DNA of 64,000 bases. Source: an uncultured delta proteobacterium (GTDB lineage: Bacteria; Desulfobacterota; Binatia; DP-6). This document shows positions 20,307-31,113 of this stretch, piece by piece (position 1 is the first letter of the stretch; each line of letters starts with the position of its first letter). The notes below the pieces were generated by a model. It had not been told where the DNA came from and searched no databases. It saw only the letters and a list, made by a program, of their open reading frames with translations. Position numbers and translations under genes: made by a program. The stretch lies in NCBI GenBank assembly GCA_963815115.1, contig CAWFFN010000008.1, forward strand, positions 512,001-576,000. The letters are read 5' to 3'.

Positions 20307-21583
20307 GCGCCTCGCAGCGCCGGCAGCCCGAAGCGCTCGCGCAGGACGCGCAGCAGGGCCGCGTTGTCGGAGTGTCCCGTCTTGCGCGCCACGACCCGAC
20401 CCCGGATGGGACGTCCGAGGAGGTAGAAGTCGCCCAGCACGTCGAGGATCTTGTGGCGCACGAACTCGTCCGGGAAGCGCAGGGGGGCGTTCACCACCCC
20501 TTCGTCGCCGACCAGGATGAAGTTGTTCAGGCGACCCCCGTTCGCCAGCCCCATCTCCTCCAGGGTCTCGATCTCCTTGACGAACCCGAAGGTCCGGGCG
20601 GGCGCGATCTCGCGCCGGAAGGTGGCCGCGTCGGAGAGCCGGAAATCGTACTCCTGATGGCCGATCGGCGGCGGATATTCGAGCGTGTAGTGGACCTCGA
20701 AGCGATCCGCGGGCTCGATGCTGATGCCCTTCTCCTGCTGATCGTCGCCCACCGCGTAGCGCCGGTCGATCACGAGCTCGTCGACCGTCTCGGGCTGCTC
20801 GACCACGCCGCCTTCCTCCAGGAGCGCGCACAGCTCGGCGGCCGACCCGTCGAGCGCCGGCACCTCCGCGTGCATCTTCACCAGCAGGTTGGTGATGCCG
20901 TGCGCGTGGAGCGCCGCCATCAGATGCTCGACGGTCTTGGCGACCATGCCGCCGCGGACCAGCGTGGTGGCGTACCCGGTCGAGGCGACGTGATCGATCA
21001 AGGCGGGGACGATCTCGCCGCTCGCGATGCTCTCGAAGACGATGCCGCTCCCGGGGGGCAGCGGCTGCAGGATGATGCCCGTCCGCACTCCGGAGTGGAG
21101 GCCCTGGCCGTTCACCACCACGCCCCGCCGGATGGTCCGCTGCGGCAGCCGCCGCGGCAGAGCGAGGCTGGGCATGGAGCCGGTGGCACCAGCCGCCACC
21201 GATGCACTCGGGGGCGAGAGGCGCTCGTCGAGCGCACGGCCCACGACGCGCAGGAGCGCGTCGAGCTGGAAGGGCTTCTCGAGGAAATCGAAGGCGCCGT
21301 CGCGGATCACTCGCACGGCGGTCTCGATGGTGCCGTGTCCCGAGATCACGATGATGGGCACGCCGGGCGCCTGCGTCCGCATCTGCTGGACCAGCTCGAT
21401 GCCGTCCATCTCGGGCATCCAGATGTCCACGATGGCGAGCCGGGGCTCCTGCTGCGCGAGCACGTCGAGCGCGATACGGCCGTTCTCGGCCTCGACGACG
21501 TCGAAGCCCTCGTCGGAGAGCACCCCGCGCAGCGTGTTCCGGATCTGTGCCTCGTCGTCCACCACCAAGATCGTCTCCGCCAT
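20303..21583 (-). CDS. lpxC: Response-regulator receiver domain fused to UDP-3-O-acyl-GlcNAc deacetylase LpxC
   Basis: REC: VVDD, IVDIWMP, ISGHG, LEKP. LpxC: QRTI, GLHSG, TVEHLMAAL, VPALDGS, PARTFGF, HKILD, KTGH. One uninterrupted ORF with a GAGGAGG RBS. Confidence 0.93.
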   Translation of the reverse strand: MAETILVVDDEAQIRNTLRGVLSDEGFDVVEAENGRIALDVLAQQEPRLAIVDIWMPEMDGIELVQQMRTQAPGVPIIVISGHGTIETAVRVIRDGAFDFLEKPFQLDALLRVVGRALDERLSPPSASVAAGATGSMPSLALPRRLPQRTIRRGVVVNGQGLHSGVRTGIILQPLPPGSGIVFESIASGEIVPALIDHVASTGYATTLVRGGMVAKTVEHLMAALHAHGITNLLVKMHAEVPALDGSAAELCALLEEGGVVEQPETVDELVIDRRYAVGDDQQEKGISIEPADRFEVHYTLEYPPPIGHQEYDFRLSDAATFRREIAPARTFGFVKEIETLEEMGLANGGRLNNFILVGDEGVVNAPLRFPDEFVRHKILDVLGDFYLLGRPIRGRVVARKTGHSDNAALLRVLRERFGLPALRGA

Positions 21584-21592
21584 AACCCCTCC

Positions 21593-23868
21593 TCAGGATC
21601 CGTACGCGCCGAGGCGCGCGCGCGCCACCAGCTGAGCCGGCTGGCTCCGGACCGGGAACTCGAGAATGAATCGCGTGCCGCGCGGCAGGTTGTCGCGGAC
21701 GCGGATGAAGCCCTTGTGATCGGCGACGATCGTCGAGACGATCGACAGCCCCAGTCCCGTTCCGTCCGGCTTGGTCGAGAAATACGGCTCGAAGAGCCGC
21801 GTGCGTGCTTCCGCCGTCATGCCGATGCCGTCGTCGGCGATCTCGAGCCGCACGACGCCGAGCCGCGCGTCGTGCGCCGTCCGCAGCTCCACGCGTCGGC
21901 GCTCGTCGGGTCTGCTCCTCGGACGGGCCGCACAGGCGGCGACCGCGTTGTCGAGGATGTTGATGACCGCGCGCTTCATGCCCTCGCGATCGAGCTCGAG
22001 CAGCGGCAGCTCCGCTTCCGCCTCGAGGACGAAGTCGATGGTGGGATGCCCCTCCCGGAAGAGCACCAGGGCCTCCTCGACGACGCGGTTCAGGTCGTGC
22101 GGCCGGTGCTCCGCCTGCGGCATCCGCGCGAAGGTCGAGAACTCGTTCACCAGCGCCTTCAGCTCCTCGACCTGCTGGATGATGGTGCGGGTGCACTCGT
22201 CGAACACGGCCCCGTCCTGGCGGAGCTGGCCGCCGTAGCGGCGGCGCAGGCGTTGGGCCGCGAGCTGGATCGGCGTGAGCGGATTCTTGATCTCGTGAGC
22301 GATGCGGCGCGCGACCTCGCGCCAGGCTTCCATGCGCTCGACGCGCAGCAGGTAGGTGACGTCCTCGAGGAACAGGACGACGCCCTGCGCCTGTCCGGCC
22401 TCGTCCTGGAGACCGGTGCCCGCGAGCAAGGCCGCCACCTCGGCGCCGTCCCCGCGCACCAGCGTGAGCTGGCGCTCGAGCGTCCCCCGCTGGCCAGCAG
22501 CTCGGCCAGCGCCGGCCGGAGCTCCGCGTGCGCCTCGCCCGCGAACAGGTCACCCAGCGGGCGGCCCACGGCCGCGGTGGCATCAAGACCGAGCAGCTCT
22601 GCCGCCCCGCGGTTGAGCGTGGTCACGCGACCGCGCGGGTCGGCGGAGATGACGCCGGCGGTGATGTTGGCGAGCACGATCTCCAGGTCGCGGCGGCGCG
22701 CATCGAGCTCCGTGCGGCTGGTCTTCAGGTCCGCCGTCATGTGGTTGAACGCCGTCACCAGCGTCCCGATCTCGTCGTCCCCCTGGCCGGGGATGTACTG
22801 GTCGAGGTCGCCCTGGGCGACGGCCCGCGTGCCCTCCGCGAGCTTCTGGATCGGCACCGTGATGCCGCGGGCGACGTAGAATCCCACCCAGGTGGCGGAG
22901 AAGAGGATGACGACCGTGACCAGGACGAGCGTGATCGTGTAGGCGGTGCGGATCGGACGGCGCTGCACCTTGAGCCGCAGGTACTCGCCGAAGGAGCGGT
23001 CGATCTCCTCGCGGCGCTTGACCACGCTCCGCGGCACGTAGTCGTCGACCACGACCACCCCGGTGACGTGACCGTCGTGCTGGATCGGGGCGGCCGCGCG
23101 GATGACGTCGGCCTCGCCCACCGCGTCGACGCCGGTGGCTTCCTCACCGGTGGACGCGCGCCGGACCACGTCGGACCACGCTTCCACGCCGACCTTGCCG
23201 GAGAGATCCGGACGACGGGCGCGAGCAAGGGTCTGCCCGTCGGCGAACACCTCCATCAGGTCGATCTGGTACTCCGTCCGGCGCTGGGCGAGAAACCCCT
23301 TGAGCGCGGGGCGGCGCTCGGGCTCGAGAAGCCGGTTCTGCTCGAGCTGGGCCGCGGTCTCGCGGGCGAACCCGAGCGAGGTGTCCGCGAGATCCTCGTA
23401 GTAGGCGTGCGCGACGTCGAGCGATCCCTCGAGGGCACGCTCCACCTGCCCGTTGAACCAGTCCTCGATCGAGTTGCTCAGGAACACCTGCGCCACCAGG
23501 AAGAGCAGCGTCGCTGGCAGGATGGCGATGCCGACGAAGGCGACCACCAGCCGGGTGCGCAGGTGCGAGCCCATGATGCGCCGCCGGCGGTCGAGGATGA
23601 GCTTCACGATGTTGCGGCCCACCAGGAAGACCAGGAGGACGAGCAGGATGAGGTTCAGGTTGATGAGCAGGACGAGGACCGCGTCCGTGCCGAGGGAGCC
23701 GCGGCCCGCGAACTGCGGAAGGCGCGTCTCGACGAGCGCGAAGGCGACCACCGCGAGCGCCGTCGCCAGGATGATGAAACCCTCGCGCCGTCGCCTGCGG
23801 ACGTCGGCCTGCTGCGCCGTGTTGGACGCTGGCGCCATCACGGGCGCCTGGTCGGGCCGGTCCGGCAT
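21593..23868 (-). CDS. NtrY-like membrane histidine kinase (HAMP, PAS, HisKA, HATPase); one frameshift at ~22486
   Basis: LRTRLV...SIEDWF, HAMP (DEIGTLVTAFNHMT), AWREVARRIAHEIKNPLTPIQL, FEPYFSTKPDGTGLGL. The two ORFs join if the C5 run at 22484-22488 is C6. Confidence 0.88.
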
Positions 23869-23952
23869 GAACGCGCCGATGATAGGGGCGTCCGGATGCG
23901 AAGGCAAGGCGCCTTCGTTCGGCTAAGTGCCTGAAATGGCTGTGTTCTGCTT

Positions 23953-24168
23953 CTAGCGCCGAAAGAAGAGATTCAACAGGATGGTCAGCACGATGCTCAC
24001 CACCAGCGAGGTGGCGATCGGCACGTAGAAGGTGAAGCGCTCGCGCTCCACGACGATGTCGCCGGGGAGCCGCCCGAGCCAGGGAATGCGCGGCAGAAGC
24101 AGCAGGACGGCGCCGGCGACGATCGCGGCGACGCCGAAGAGGACGAGGAGCCGTCCGACGCCGGCCAT
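23953..24168 (-). CDS. DUF2905-like small membrane protein
   Basis: WLGRLPGDI...FTFYVPIATSLVVS. Confidence 0.85.
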   Translation of the reverse strand: MAGVGRLLVLFGVAAIVAGAVLLLLPRIPWLGRLPGDIVVERERFTFYVPIATSLVVSIVLTILLNLFFRR

Positions 24169-24285
24169 GGCTCCGCCTTGCCATCGGCCGGGGACTGCGG
24201 CAAGCCCGGCGGGAGCCCATCGTAACCTTTCGCCCCCGCCGGACGTGGTCGGGATGAACGCTCCAGCCCGAGGAGGGGACCTGCG

Positions 24286-25596
24286 ATGCAGCGAACGACC
24301 GGTGACGACACGATCGTGGTGGTGGGCGGCGGCCTGTGCGGGCTCACCGCGGCCGCCTTTCTCGCCCGCTCCGGATGCGCCGTGACGGTGCTCGAGCGCG
24401 CCGCCTCCGCCGGCGGCCGGGCCGTCACCAGGCGAAGCGCCGGGTTTGCCCTGAACCTGGGACCGCACGCGCTCTACCGCGGCGGCCACGGTATTCGCGT
24501 GCTCGACGAGCTCGGCGTGGCACATCCGGGCGGCACGCCGAAGGCGTCCGGCGCCTGCGCCATCGACCGCGGCGCGATGCACGGCCTCCCGGGCGGGTTC
24601 GTCTCCCTCCTGACGACAGGACTCTTCGGTCTCTCCGCCAAGCTCGAGACCGGGCGGTTGCTCGGCGGCATCGCCCGCATCGACGCCGGCGCCCTGAATC
24701 ACACCTCGGTTCGCGACTGGGTCGATGCACGCGTGCGCCATCCCGACGTCCGCCGTCTCGTGCACGCGCTCGTCCGTCTCGCCACCTACGCCGACGCGCC
24801 CGACACCATGAGCGCCGGGCTCGCGATTGGGCAGCTCCAGATGGCGCTGGCGAGCAACGTCAGCTACCTCGACGGCGGCTGGCAAACGCTGGTCGACGGG
24901 ATGCGCGCGCGCGCCGAGGAAGCCGGCGCCCGGGTCCGGACCGCGGCGGCCGTGACCGCCGTCGAGCGCAGCGCCGACGGTACCGCCATCGGCGTGCGCC
25001 TGCGCGACGGCGAGCTCGTCGGGGCAGGCGCCGTCGTGCTCGCGCTCGACGCTCCGGCGGCCGCCGAGGTGCTACCCGACGGTCCCGCACGCCGGCGTGC
25101 CGCGACGGCGGTCCCGGTGCTCGCCGGTTGCCTGGACGTGGCGCTGTCACGCCTGCCGCGGCCGCAGGCGACCTTCGCGCTCGGCATCGACCGGCCGCTC
25201 TACTTCTCCGTGCACTCGGCGGTGGCACGGCTCGCGCCCGAGGGCGGGGCGCTCATCCACGTCGGGCAGTACCTGGGGGACGGCGCGCAGGAGCCCGAGA
25301 TGGTCGAGCGCCAGCTCGAGGACGCGCTCGACCGCATGCAGCCGGGGTGGCGCGCGCACGTCGTGGAGCGGCGCTTCCTGCCGCGCATGGTCGCGGTGAG
25401 CGCGCTCGCGACCGCCGCCGAGGGCGGCCTCGCCGGACGCCCCGGCGCCGAAGTCCCCGAGGCACCCGGCCTCTACCTGGCCGGCGACTGGGTGGGGCCG
25501 GACGGCTGGCTGGTGGATGCCAGCCTGGCGAGCGCCCGCCACGCCGCGGCGCTCGCCGCCCGACGCGTGGGCCGACGGGCCGCTGCGGCCGCGTGA
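24286..25596 (+). CDS. FAD-dependent oxidoreductase (phytoene desaturase/amine oxidase-like)
   Basis: VVGGGLCGL...LER....GGRA, NLGPHAL, YLDGGWQ, LAGDW. Confidence 0.85.
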   Translation: MQRTTGDDTIVVVGGGLCGLTAAAFLARSGCAVTVLERAASAGGRAVTRRSAGFALNLGPHALYRGGHGIRVLDELGVAHPGGTPKASGACAIDRGAMHGLPGGFVSLLTTGLFGLSAKLETGRLLGGIARIDAGALNHTSVRDWVDARVRHPDVRRLVHALVRLATYADAPDTMSAGLAIGQLQMALASNVSYLDGGWQTLVDGMRARAEEAGARVRTAAAVTAVERSADGTAIGVRLRDGELVGAGAVVLALDAPAAAEVLPDGPARRRAATAVPVLAGCLDVALSRLPRPQATFALGIDRPLYFSVHSAVARLAPEGGALIHVGQYLGDGAQEPEMVERQLEDALDRMQPGWRAHVVERRFLPRMVAVSALATAAEGGLAGRPGAEVPEAPGLYLAGDWVGPDGWLVDASLASARHAAALAARRVGRRAAAAA

Positions 25597-25603
25597 GAGC
25601 GCG

Positions 25604-26530
25604 GTGAGCGCGAGCCCCGTCGTCCTCGGCACCGCATTCCGGGCCCACGAGCGCCCGCTCTGGAACCTCTGCTACCGCATGACGGGCGTTGCCGCCGACG
25701 CCGACGATCTCGTGCAGGAGACCTTCCTGCGCGCCATCGAGCGGCCTCCCGCTCGAACCGACACCGATCTGCGACCCTGGCTCGTGCACGTCGCCATGAA
25801 CCTCGCCCGCGATCTCCTGCGGCGGCGGCGCCGGCACGCGCAGCCGGGACCGTGGCTGCCCTCGCCGATCGAGACCGGCGAGGACGCGTCGCCCGCCTAC
25901 GAGCCGTCGCGGACCGAGGGGCGCTACGACCTCCTCGAGAGCTGCACCTTCGCCTTCCTGCTCGCCCTCGAAGCGCTCACGCCGCAGCAGCGCGCCGTGC
26001 TCCTCCTGCGCGACGTGTTCGACTACTCCGTCGAGCAGACCGCGACGGCGCTCGATCTCTCCGCCGCCAACGTCAAGACGACGCATCACCGCGCGCGCCG
26101 CTCCATGGCGGCATACGACACGAGCCGGCGGCCGCCGACGAAGGACCTGCAGGCCGAGACGCTCCGCGTGCTCGGCGAGTTCCTGCGTGCCCTGGCGCAG
26201 GGCGACGCGGCCGCCGTCGAGGCGACCCTCGCGAGCGACGTCCGCACCCTCACCGACGGCGGCGCCTTCCATGCGGCGCGCAAGCCGATCGTCGGGCGCG
26301 AGCGCGTTGCCCATTTCTACTGCCGTCTGTTCGAGCTCGGGGGCCGCGGCGCGCAGGTGTCGGTGCGGATGCTGAACGGCCTGCCCGCACTCGTCTTCGA
26401 CGCCGGACATGCGAGGCCCGGCTACCCGCCGCGCGGAATCATCCGCATCGACCTGGGCGACGACGGCGAGGTCCGCACGATCCACAGCGTGCTCGCCACG
26501 CCCAAGTTGACCGCCGTCCGCTTCCCCTGA
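25604..26530 (+). CDS. ECF sigma factor, SigJ/ECF41 type with SnoaL-like C-terminal domain
   Basis: YRMTG...DADDLVQETF, GPWLPSP, LLLRDVFDYS, TDGG, NGLPAL. Confidence 0.85.
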   Translation: MSASPVVLGTAFRAHERPLWNLCYRMTGVAADADDLVQETFLRAIERPPARTDTDLRPWLVHVAMNLARDLLRRRRRHAQPGPWLPSPIETGEDASPAYEPSRTEGRYDLLESCTFAFLLALEALTPQQRAVLLLRDVFDYSVEQTATALDLSAANVKTTHHRARRSMAAYDTSRRPPTKDLQAETLRVLGEFLRALAQGDAAAVEATLASDVRTLTDGGAFHAARKPIVGRERVAHFYCRLFELGGRGAQVSVRMLNGLPALVFDAGHARPGYPPRGIIRIDLGDDGEVRTIHSVLATPKLTAVRFP

Positions 26531-27246
26531 TGCACCCGGCTCCCGCGCCCGGCGGACCGCGCGTCGTCGCGCTCGTCGCGGCGGCCGTGGTGGCGGGATG
26601 TGTGGCGACCCGGTCTCCTCCGGCGAACACCCCGGGTGCGCTGTGGGAGATCGTGTCCCGCTGCGTCGACCGGGAGCACGCCGGCTACTGCACCTGCCCG
26701 GCCTTCGCGCTGTCGTGCTGCGGCGAGCCGGACACGCCCGACGCCGACGTGGTGTGGGCGCGGACGGCGGACTTCGTCGCCATCCGCGATCTCAAGATGT
26801 GCCACTGCCCGCCCGACTTCGCCGCCGGCCTCGCCCTCCCGCGCGTCCGTGTCTCCGGCATCGAGGACCCGCGCCGGCCCGACGGCATCTGGCCGTTCGC
26901 CTGGGACGCCGCGCGGACGCGCATCGCCGACGAGCGCGAGATCGGACTCGTCATCAACCCCGCCGATGCGCGGTCGCAGAACCAGATGCACGTGCACCTG
27001 CTGCGGCTGCGGCCGGAGGCGCGCCAGTGGCTCGACGGCAGGGCGCCGAGGCCGCCCGGGGTGCAGGTCGTCGCGCTGGCGAGTCTCGACGCGGTCTTCG
27101 CCGCCACCCTGGCGCGGGTCGGCGAGGCGCACATGCGAGACACCGGCGTGCTGGTCTCGCGCGGACGGGACGGCGGATGGCGAGCGGCGATCACCGACCG
27201 GGCGTCGCCACAGGCCTTCACGGTCAACCGCTGCGGGCCGCCGTAG
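26530..27246 (+). CDS. CDP-diacylglycerol pyrophosphatase (Cdh)-like lipoprotein
   Basis: Lipobox VAGC; ALWEIVSRC, RVSGIEDP, IN...RSQNQMHVH (Cdh/HIT-like motif). TGATG overlap with the sigma factor gene. Confidence 0.7.
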   Translation: MHPAPAPGGPRVVALVAAAVVAGCVATRSPPANTPGALWEIVSRCVDREHAGYCTCPAFALSCCGEPDTPDADVVWARTADFVAIRDLKMCHCPPDFAAGLALPRVRVSGIEDPRRPDGIWPFAWDAARTRIADEREIGLVINPADARSQNQMHVHLLRLRPEARQWLDGRAPRPPGVQVVALASLDAVFAATLARVGEAHMRDTGVLVSRGRDGGWRAAITDRASPQAFTVNRCGPP

Positions 27247-27304
27247 CCACGCGCTGTCTCCCGGGACCCGACTCTGCTACCCCGGACGGCGGAGGGAGAG
27301 GCCC

Positions 27305-28138
27305 ATGTACCAGGAGATCATCTACGAGGTCGCCGATCCGGTCGCGACCGTGACGCTCAATCGCCCGCACGCGCTGAACGCGTGGACGACGCGCATGGGC
27401 GCCGAGGTGAAGCATGCGCTCGCGGCCGCCGAGGACGATCGACGCGTCGTGGCCATCGTCATCACCGGCGCGGGCCGAGGCTTCTGCTCCGGTGCCGATC
27501 TGAACGATCTGCGTGCGATCAGCCAGGGCGAGTCCCGTGCGGACGCGCCGGCCGAGCTCGCCGCCGACCCGGGCGATCCCACCATGGGCGAATCGTTCCG
27601 CGGCACCTACACCTACCCGCTCTCCATCCGGAAGCCGGTCGTCGCCGCCGTCAACGGTCCCACCGCCGGCATGGCGATCCCGATCGTCCTCGCCTGCGAC
27701 CTCCGCTTCGCTTCCGACCAGGCGAGCTTCACCACCGCCTTCTCGCGACGCGGGCTGGTCGCCGAGTGGGGGGTGAGCTGGCTGCTGCCGCGCGTCGTCG
27801 GCACGGCGCACGCGCTCGACCTCCTCTTCTCGGCGCGCAAGGTCGACGCCGCCGAGGCCGAGCGCATCGGGCTGGTGAATCGCGTCCTGCCGCACGCCGA
27901 GCTCCTGCCGTTCGTGCGGGCGTACGTGGAAGACATGGCGACCAACTGCTCGCCCGCATCGCTGGCGGCGATGAAGCGTCAGGTGTGGCGGGACTGGAGC
28001 CGCGAGCTGGGTCCGGTCGAGCGCGAGGCGATCCAGCTCATGGTGGAGAGCTTCCGGCGGCCGGACTTCGGCGAAGGCGTGCGCTCGTTCCTCGAGAAGC
28101 GCCCGCCACGTTTCGCGCGTCTGGGAAAAGGTGCCTAG
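27305..28138 (+). CDS. Enoyl-CoA hydratase/isomerase family protein
   Basis: TLNRPHALNA, GRGFCSGADL, KPVVAAVNG, EGVRSFLEKRPP. Confidence 0.92.
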   Translation: MYQEIIYEVADPVATVTLNRPHALNAWTTRMGAEVKHALAAAEDDRRVVAIVITGAGRGFCSGADLNDLRAISQGESRADAPAELAADPGDPTMGESFRGTYTYPLSIRKPVVAAVNGPTAGMAIPIVLACDLRFASDQASFTTAFSRRGLVAEWGVSWLLPRVVGTAHALDLLFSARKVDAAEAERIGLVNRVLPHAELLPFVRAYVEDMATNCSPASLAAMKRQVWRDWSRELGPVEREAIQLMVESFRRPDFGEGVRSFLEKRPPRFARLGKGA

Positions 28139-28180
28139 CCACCGCCGGAGCGCACGCAAAGCGATGCGGTCCCACGGCTG

Positions 28181-29209
28181 CTAGAGCAGCCGGACCTGCC
28201 CGCCCGGACTCGTATCTCGACGGCCGAAGTGGGCGCAGGCGCGCGCCGTCGCCACCCGACCCTTCGGCGTGCGAGCCAGGTAGCCCTCCTGGATCAGGTA
28301 GGGCTCGTAGACCTCCTCGATGGTGTCGCGCTCCTCGCCGACGGCGGCGGCGAGCGTGTCGAGGCCGACCGGCCCGCCCGCGAACTTGTCGATCACCGCA
28401 AGCAGCAACGCGCGATCCATGCGGTCGAAGCCCGCCTGGTCGACCTCGAGGAGGGCCAGCGCGTCGCACGCGACCGCCTGCGTGATGCGGCCGTCGGCGC
28501 GGACCTGGGCGAAGTCACGCACCCGGCGTAGCAGGCGGTTCGCCACCCGCGGCGTGCCACGCGATCGGCGCGCGATCTCCGATCCGCCCTGCGCGTCGAG
28601 CGGCACCTGGAGGATCGCCGCCGAGCGCGCGAGGATGCGCTCCAGCTCGGCCGTCGAGTAGAAGTCGAGGCGGAAGCTCGCGCCGAAGCGGTCGCGCAGC
28701 GCCGAGGTGAGGAGTCCGGAGCGCGTGGTCGCGCCGACGAGGCAGAACGGCGGCAGCGGCAGCTTGATGGAGCGCGCCGTCGGCCCCTGCCCCACGACCA
28801 GGTCGAGCTGGAAGTCTTCCATGGCCGGGTAGAGGGTCTCCTCGACGACGTGCGGCAGGCGGTGGATCTCGTCGATGAAGAACACCTGGCCGCGCTCGAG
28901 GTTGGTCAGCAGCGCGGCAAGGTCGCCGGGACGCTCGAGGACCGGGCCGGAGGTGCCGCGCACCGCGACACCGAGCTCGGTCGCGATCACGTGCGCGAGC
29001 GACGTCTTGCCGAGGCCCGGCGGACCCGAGAGCAGGATGTGGTCGAGGACGTCACCGCGCGCATGCGCGGCGGCGATCTGCACGCGCAGGTTGTCGCGCA
29101 CGTGATCCTGGCCGACGTACTCCGCGAGGGTGCGCGGACGCAGCGGCACCTCGACGAGGAGGTCGTCCTCGAGCGGCTCGGCGACGATCGGGCCGGTGGG
29201 CCGCGACAT
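28181..29209 (-). CDS. ruvB: Holliday junction helicase RuvB
   Basis: [37 protein letters not shown]...RTPKGR. Confidence 0.97.
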   Translation of the reverse strand: MSRPTGPIVAEPLEDDLLVEVPLRPRTLAEYVGQDHVRDNLRVQIAAAHARGDVLDHILLSGPPGLGKTSLAHVIATELGVAVRGTSGPVLERPGDLAALLTNLERGQVFFIDEIHRLPHVVEETLYPAMEDFQLDLVVGQGPTARSIKLPLPPFCLVGATTRSGLLTSALRDRFGASFRLDFYSTAELERILARSAAILQVPLDAQGGSEIARRSRGTPRVANRLLRRVRDFAQVRADGRITQAVACDALALLEVDQAGFDRMDRALLLAVIDKFAGGPVGLDTLAAAVGEERDTIEEVYEPYLIQEGYLARTPKGRVATARACAHFGRRDTSPGGQVRLL

Positions 29210-29212
29210 CGG

Positions 29213-29806
29213 CTACCCCGCGAGCCCCTGCAACGCGGCCCGGATCACGTCCTCAAGCGGGGCGCCGTTGCCGGCGTGACGCTCGACGGCTCGCTCCGCT
29301 TCGGGCCGGCGGTAGCCGAGGTTGACGAGAGCCGATACCGCCTCCTCGAGCGGACCGGGCAGCGGGACCTGCGCCTTGTGCGGTGCACCGCCGTTGGCGC
29401 CGAGGGCGGCGGCGGCCTCGCGGCACTCGACGACGATGCGCTCCGCGAAACGCTTGCCGACGCCCTGGATCGTCTGCAGCCGCGAGGCGTCGCCCGATGC
29501 GATGGCGGCGAGCAGGTCTCCCACCCGCATGCCCGAGAGCACGGCGAGGCTGGTCCGGGGTCCGAGGCCCTTCACCTTGCGGAGCAGCTGGAAGAGCGCC
29601 CGCTCGCGGCCCTCGGCGAACCCGAAGAGCTCGATGGCGTCCTCCCGCACCTCGGTGTGGACCAGCATGCGCACGCTGGCGCCGGCCGGGGGCAGGTCGA
29701 TGAAGGTCTGCAGGGACACGTGGACGAGATAGCCCACCCCTCCGACGTCGACGACGAGACGCTCGGGCGTCTTCTCGGCGAGCGTGCCGGCGAGGCTGGC
29801 GATCAA
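29213..29806 (-). CDS. ruvA: Holliday junction branch migration protein RuvA
   Basis: TTG start overlapping the ruvC stop; DVGGVGY, VREDA..LFGF, GVGKR, ALVNLGY. Confidence 0.95.
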   Translation of the reverse strand: MIASLAGTLAEKTPERLVVDVGGVGYLVHVSLQTFIDLPPAGASVRMLVHTEVREDAIELFGFAEGRERALFQLLRKVKGLGPRTSLAVLSGMRVGDLLAAIASGDASRLQTIQGVGKRFAERIVVECREAAAALGANGGAPHKAQVPLPGPLEEAVSALVNLGYRRPEAERAVERHAGNGAPLEDVIRAALQGLAG

Positions 29807-30306
29807 CGCAGATCCCCGGCGCGTGCCAGAGCCGTGCGCAGCGGCAGGTCCTGGAGATGGCAGAGGGCCAGCGCGAGGGCGTCGGCGGCATCCGCCGGAG
29901 GCCGGCGTGCGAGCCCGAGGCGCAGGGTGACGCCTCGTCCGACCGCGTCCTTGTTGGCGGTGCCGTGCCCGATGGCGGCCAGCTTCACCGCCGCCGGCGT
30001 GTATTGCTCGAGAGCGATCCCCGCCGAGGCGACCGCCGCCAGGACGGCTCCCCGCGCCTCGCCGATGCGGAGCGCGCTCTGCACGTTGCGGGCGACGAAG
30101 GCACGCTCGAGCACCACCACCGATGGCGCCCAGGTCTCGATCAGCCGCAGGCACTCGGCATGGAGCCGGGCCAGGCGCATGGCCAGCGAGGTGCCGACGC
30201 CGAGCGTGAGGGTGCCGCTCGCGAGATGCCGCAGCAGCGGCCCCGAGCTCTCCACCACACCCCAGCCGCTCAGTCGTGACCCCGGATCGATCCCGAGCGC
30301 CCGCAC
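29803..30306 (-). CDS. ruvC: Crossover junction endodeoxyribonuclease RuvC
   Basis: LGIDPG, LE..F, GEARG, G.G.A.K, DAADALALA. Confidence 0.95.
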   Translation of the reverse strand: MRALGIDPGSRLSGWGVVESSGPLLRHLASGTLTLGVGTSLAMRLARLHAECLRLIETWAPSVVVLERAFVARNVQSALRIGEARGAVLAAVASAGIALEQYTPAAVKLAAIGHGTANKDAVGRGVTLRLGLARRPPADAADALALALCHLQDLPLRTALARAGDLR

Positions 30307-30363
30307 CTCACCTCCACTCTCACTCCCCTGGCTCCCCCCACGCCCGCGTTCGGGACGCGCGCG

Positions 30364-31113
30364 TCACGCCGACAGCTTGTCGAGCTCCTCCGCGGCGATG
30401 TCCATGTTCGAGGATACGTGCTGCACGTCGTCGTGATCCTCGAGCGCTTCCAGGAGGCGCACCATCTGCTCCGCCTGCTTCCCGCTGATCGCGGTGCTCG
30501 ACGACGGCATCATCGTCACCTCCGCCGACGCCGTCGCGATCTTCGCCTGCTCGAGCGTTTCCTTCACCGCCTCGAAGCGCTCGGGCGCGGTGAGCACCTC
30601 GAGCAGGTCCCCCGCCTCGGTCACGTCGTCCGCTCCCGCTTCGAGGGCCGCTTCCATCACCGTGTCCTCGTCGACCCCGGCGCGCTCCACCGTGATCAGG
30701 CCGCGCTTCGCGAACATCCACGCGACGCTGCCCGCCGAGCCCAGGTTGCCGCCGTGCTTGTCGAAGATGCTGCGCACGTCGGCCACGGTGCGATTGCGGT
30801 TGTCGGTGAGCGCCTCGACCATGATGGCCACGCCACCGGGCCCGTAGCCCTCGTAGGTGACCTCCTCGTAGTTGACGCCCTCCAGCTCGCCCGTGCCTTT
30901 CTTGATGGCGCGGTCGATGGTGTCGCCCGGCATGCTCTGGGCGCGCGCCGCCAGGACTGCCGTCCGCAAGCGCGGGTTGGCCTTGACGTCACCGCCTCCG
31001 AGGCGCGCCGCGACGGTGATCTCCTTGATGAGCTTGGTGAAGATCTTCCCGCGCTTGGCGTCCTTGGCGGCCTTCTTGTGCTTGATGGTGCTCCACTTGG
31101 AATGGCCCGACAT
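30364..31113 (-). CDS. yebC: YebC/PmpR family protein
   Basis: [29 protein letters not shown]. Confidence 0.96.
   Translation of the reverse strand: MSGHSKWSTIKHKKAAKDAKRGKIFTKLIKEITVAARLGGGDVKANPRLRTAVLAARAQSMPGDTIDRAIKKGTGELEGVNYEEVTYEGYGPGGVAIMVEALTDNRNRTVADVRSIFDKHGGNLGSAGSVAWMFAKRGLITVERAGVDEDTVMEAALEAGADDVTEAGDLLEVLTAPERFEAVKETLEQAKIATASAEVTMMPSSSTAISGKQAEQMVRLLEALEDHDDVQHVSSNMDIAAEELDKLSA

Noticed and set aside
22470-22500. Programmed frameshift or phase variation in the NtrY-like kinase
   Set aside because: The run is only 5 nt, and similar indels hit housekeeping genes nearby, so sequencing error is more parsimonious.
19505-22879. Very long antisense or alternate-frame ORFs (e.g. 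1124 aa here; also 8..1498, 11739..13955, 59947..62601)
   Set aside because: Shadow ORFs typical of very GC-rich DNA; they overlap well-supported genes and show no motifs.
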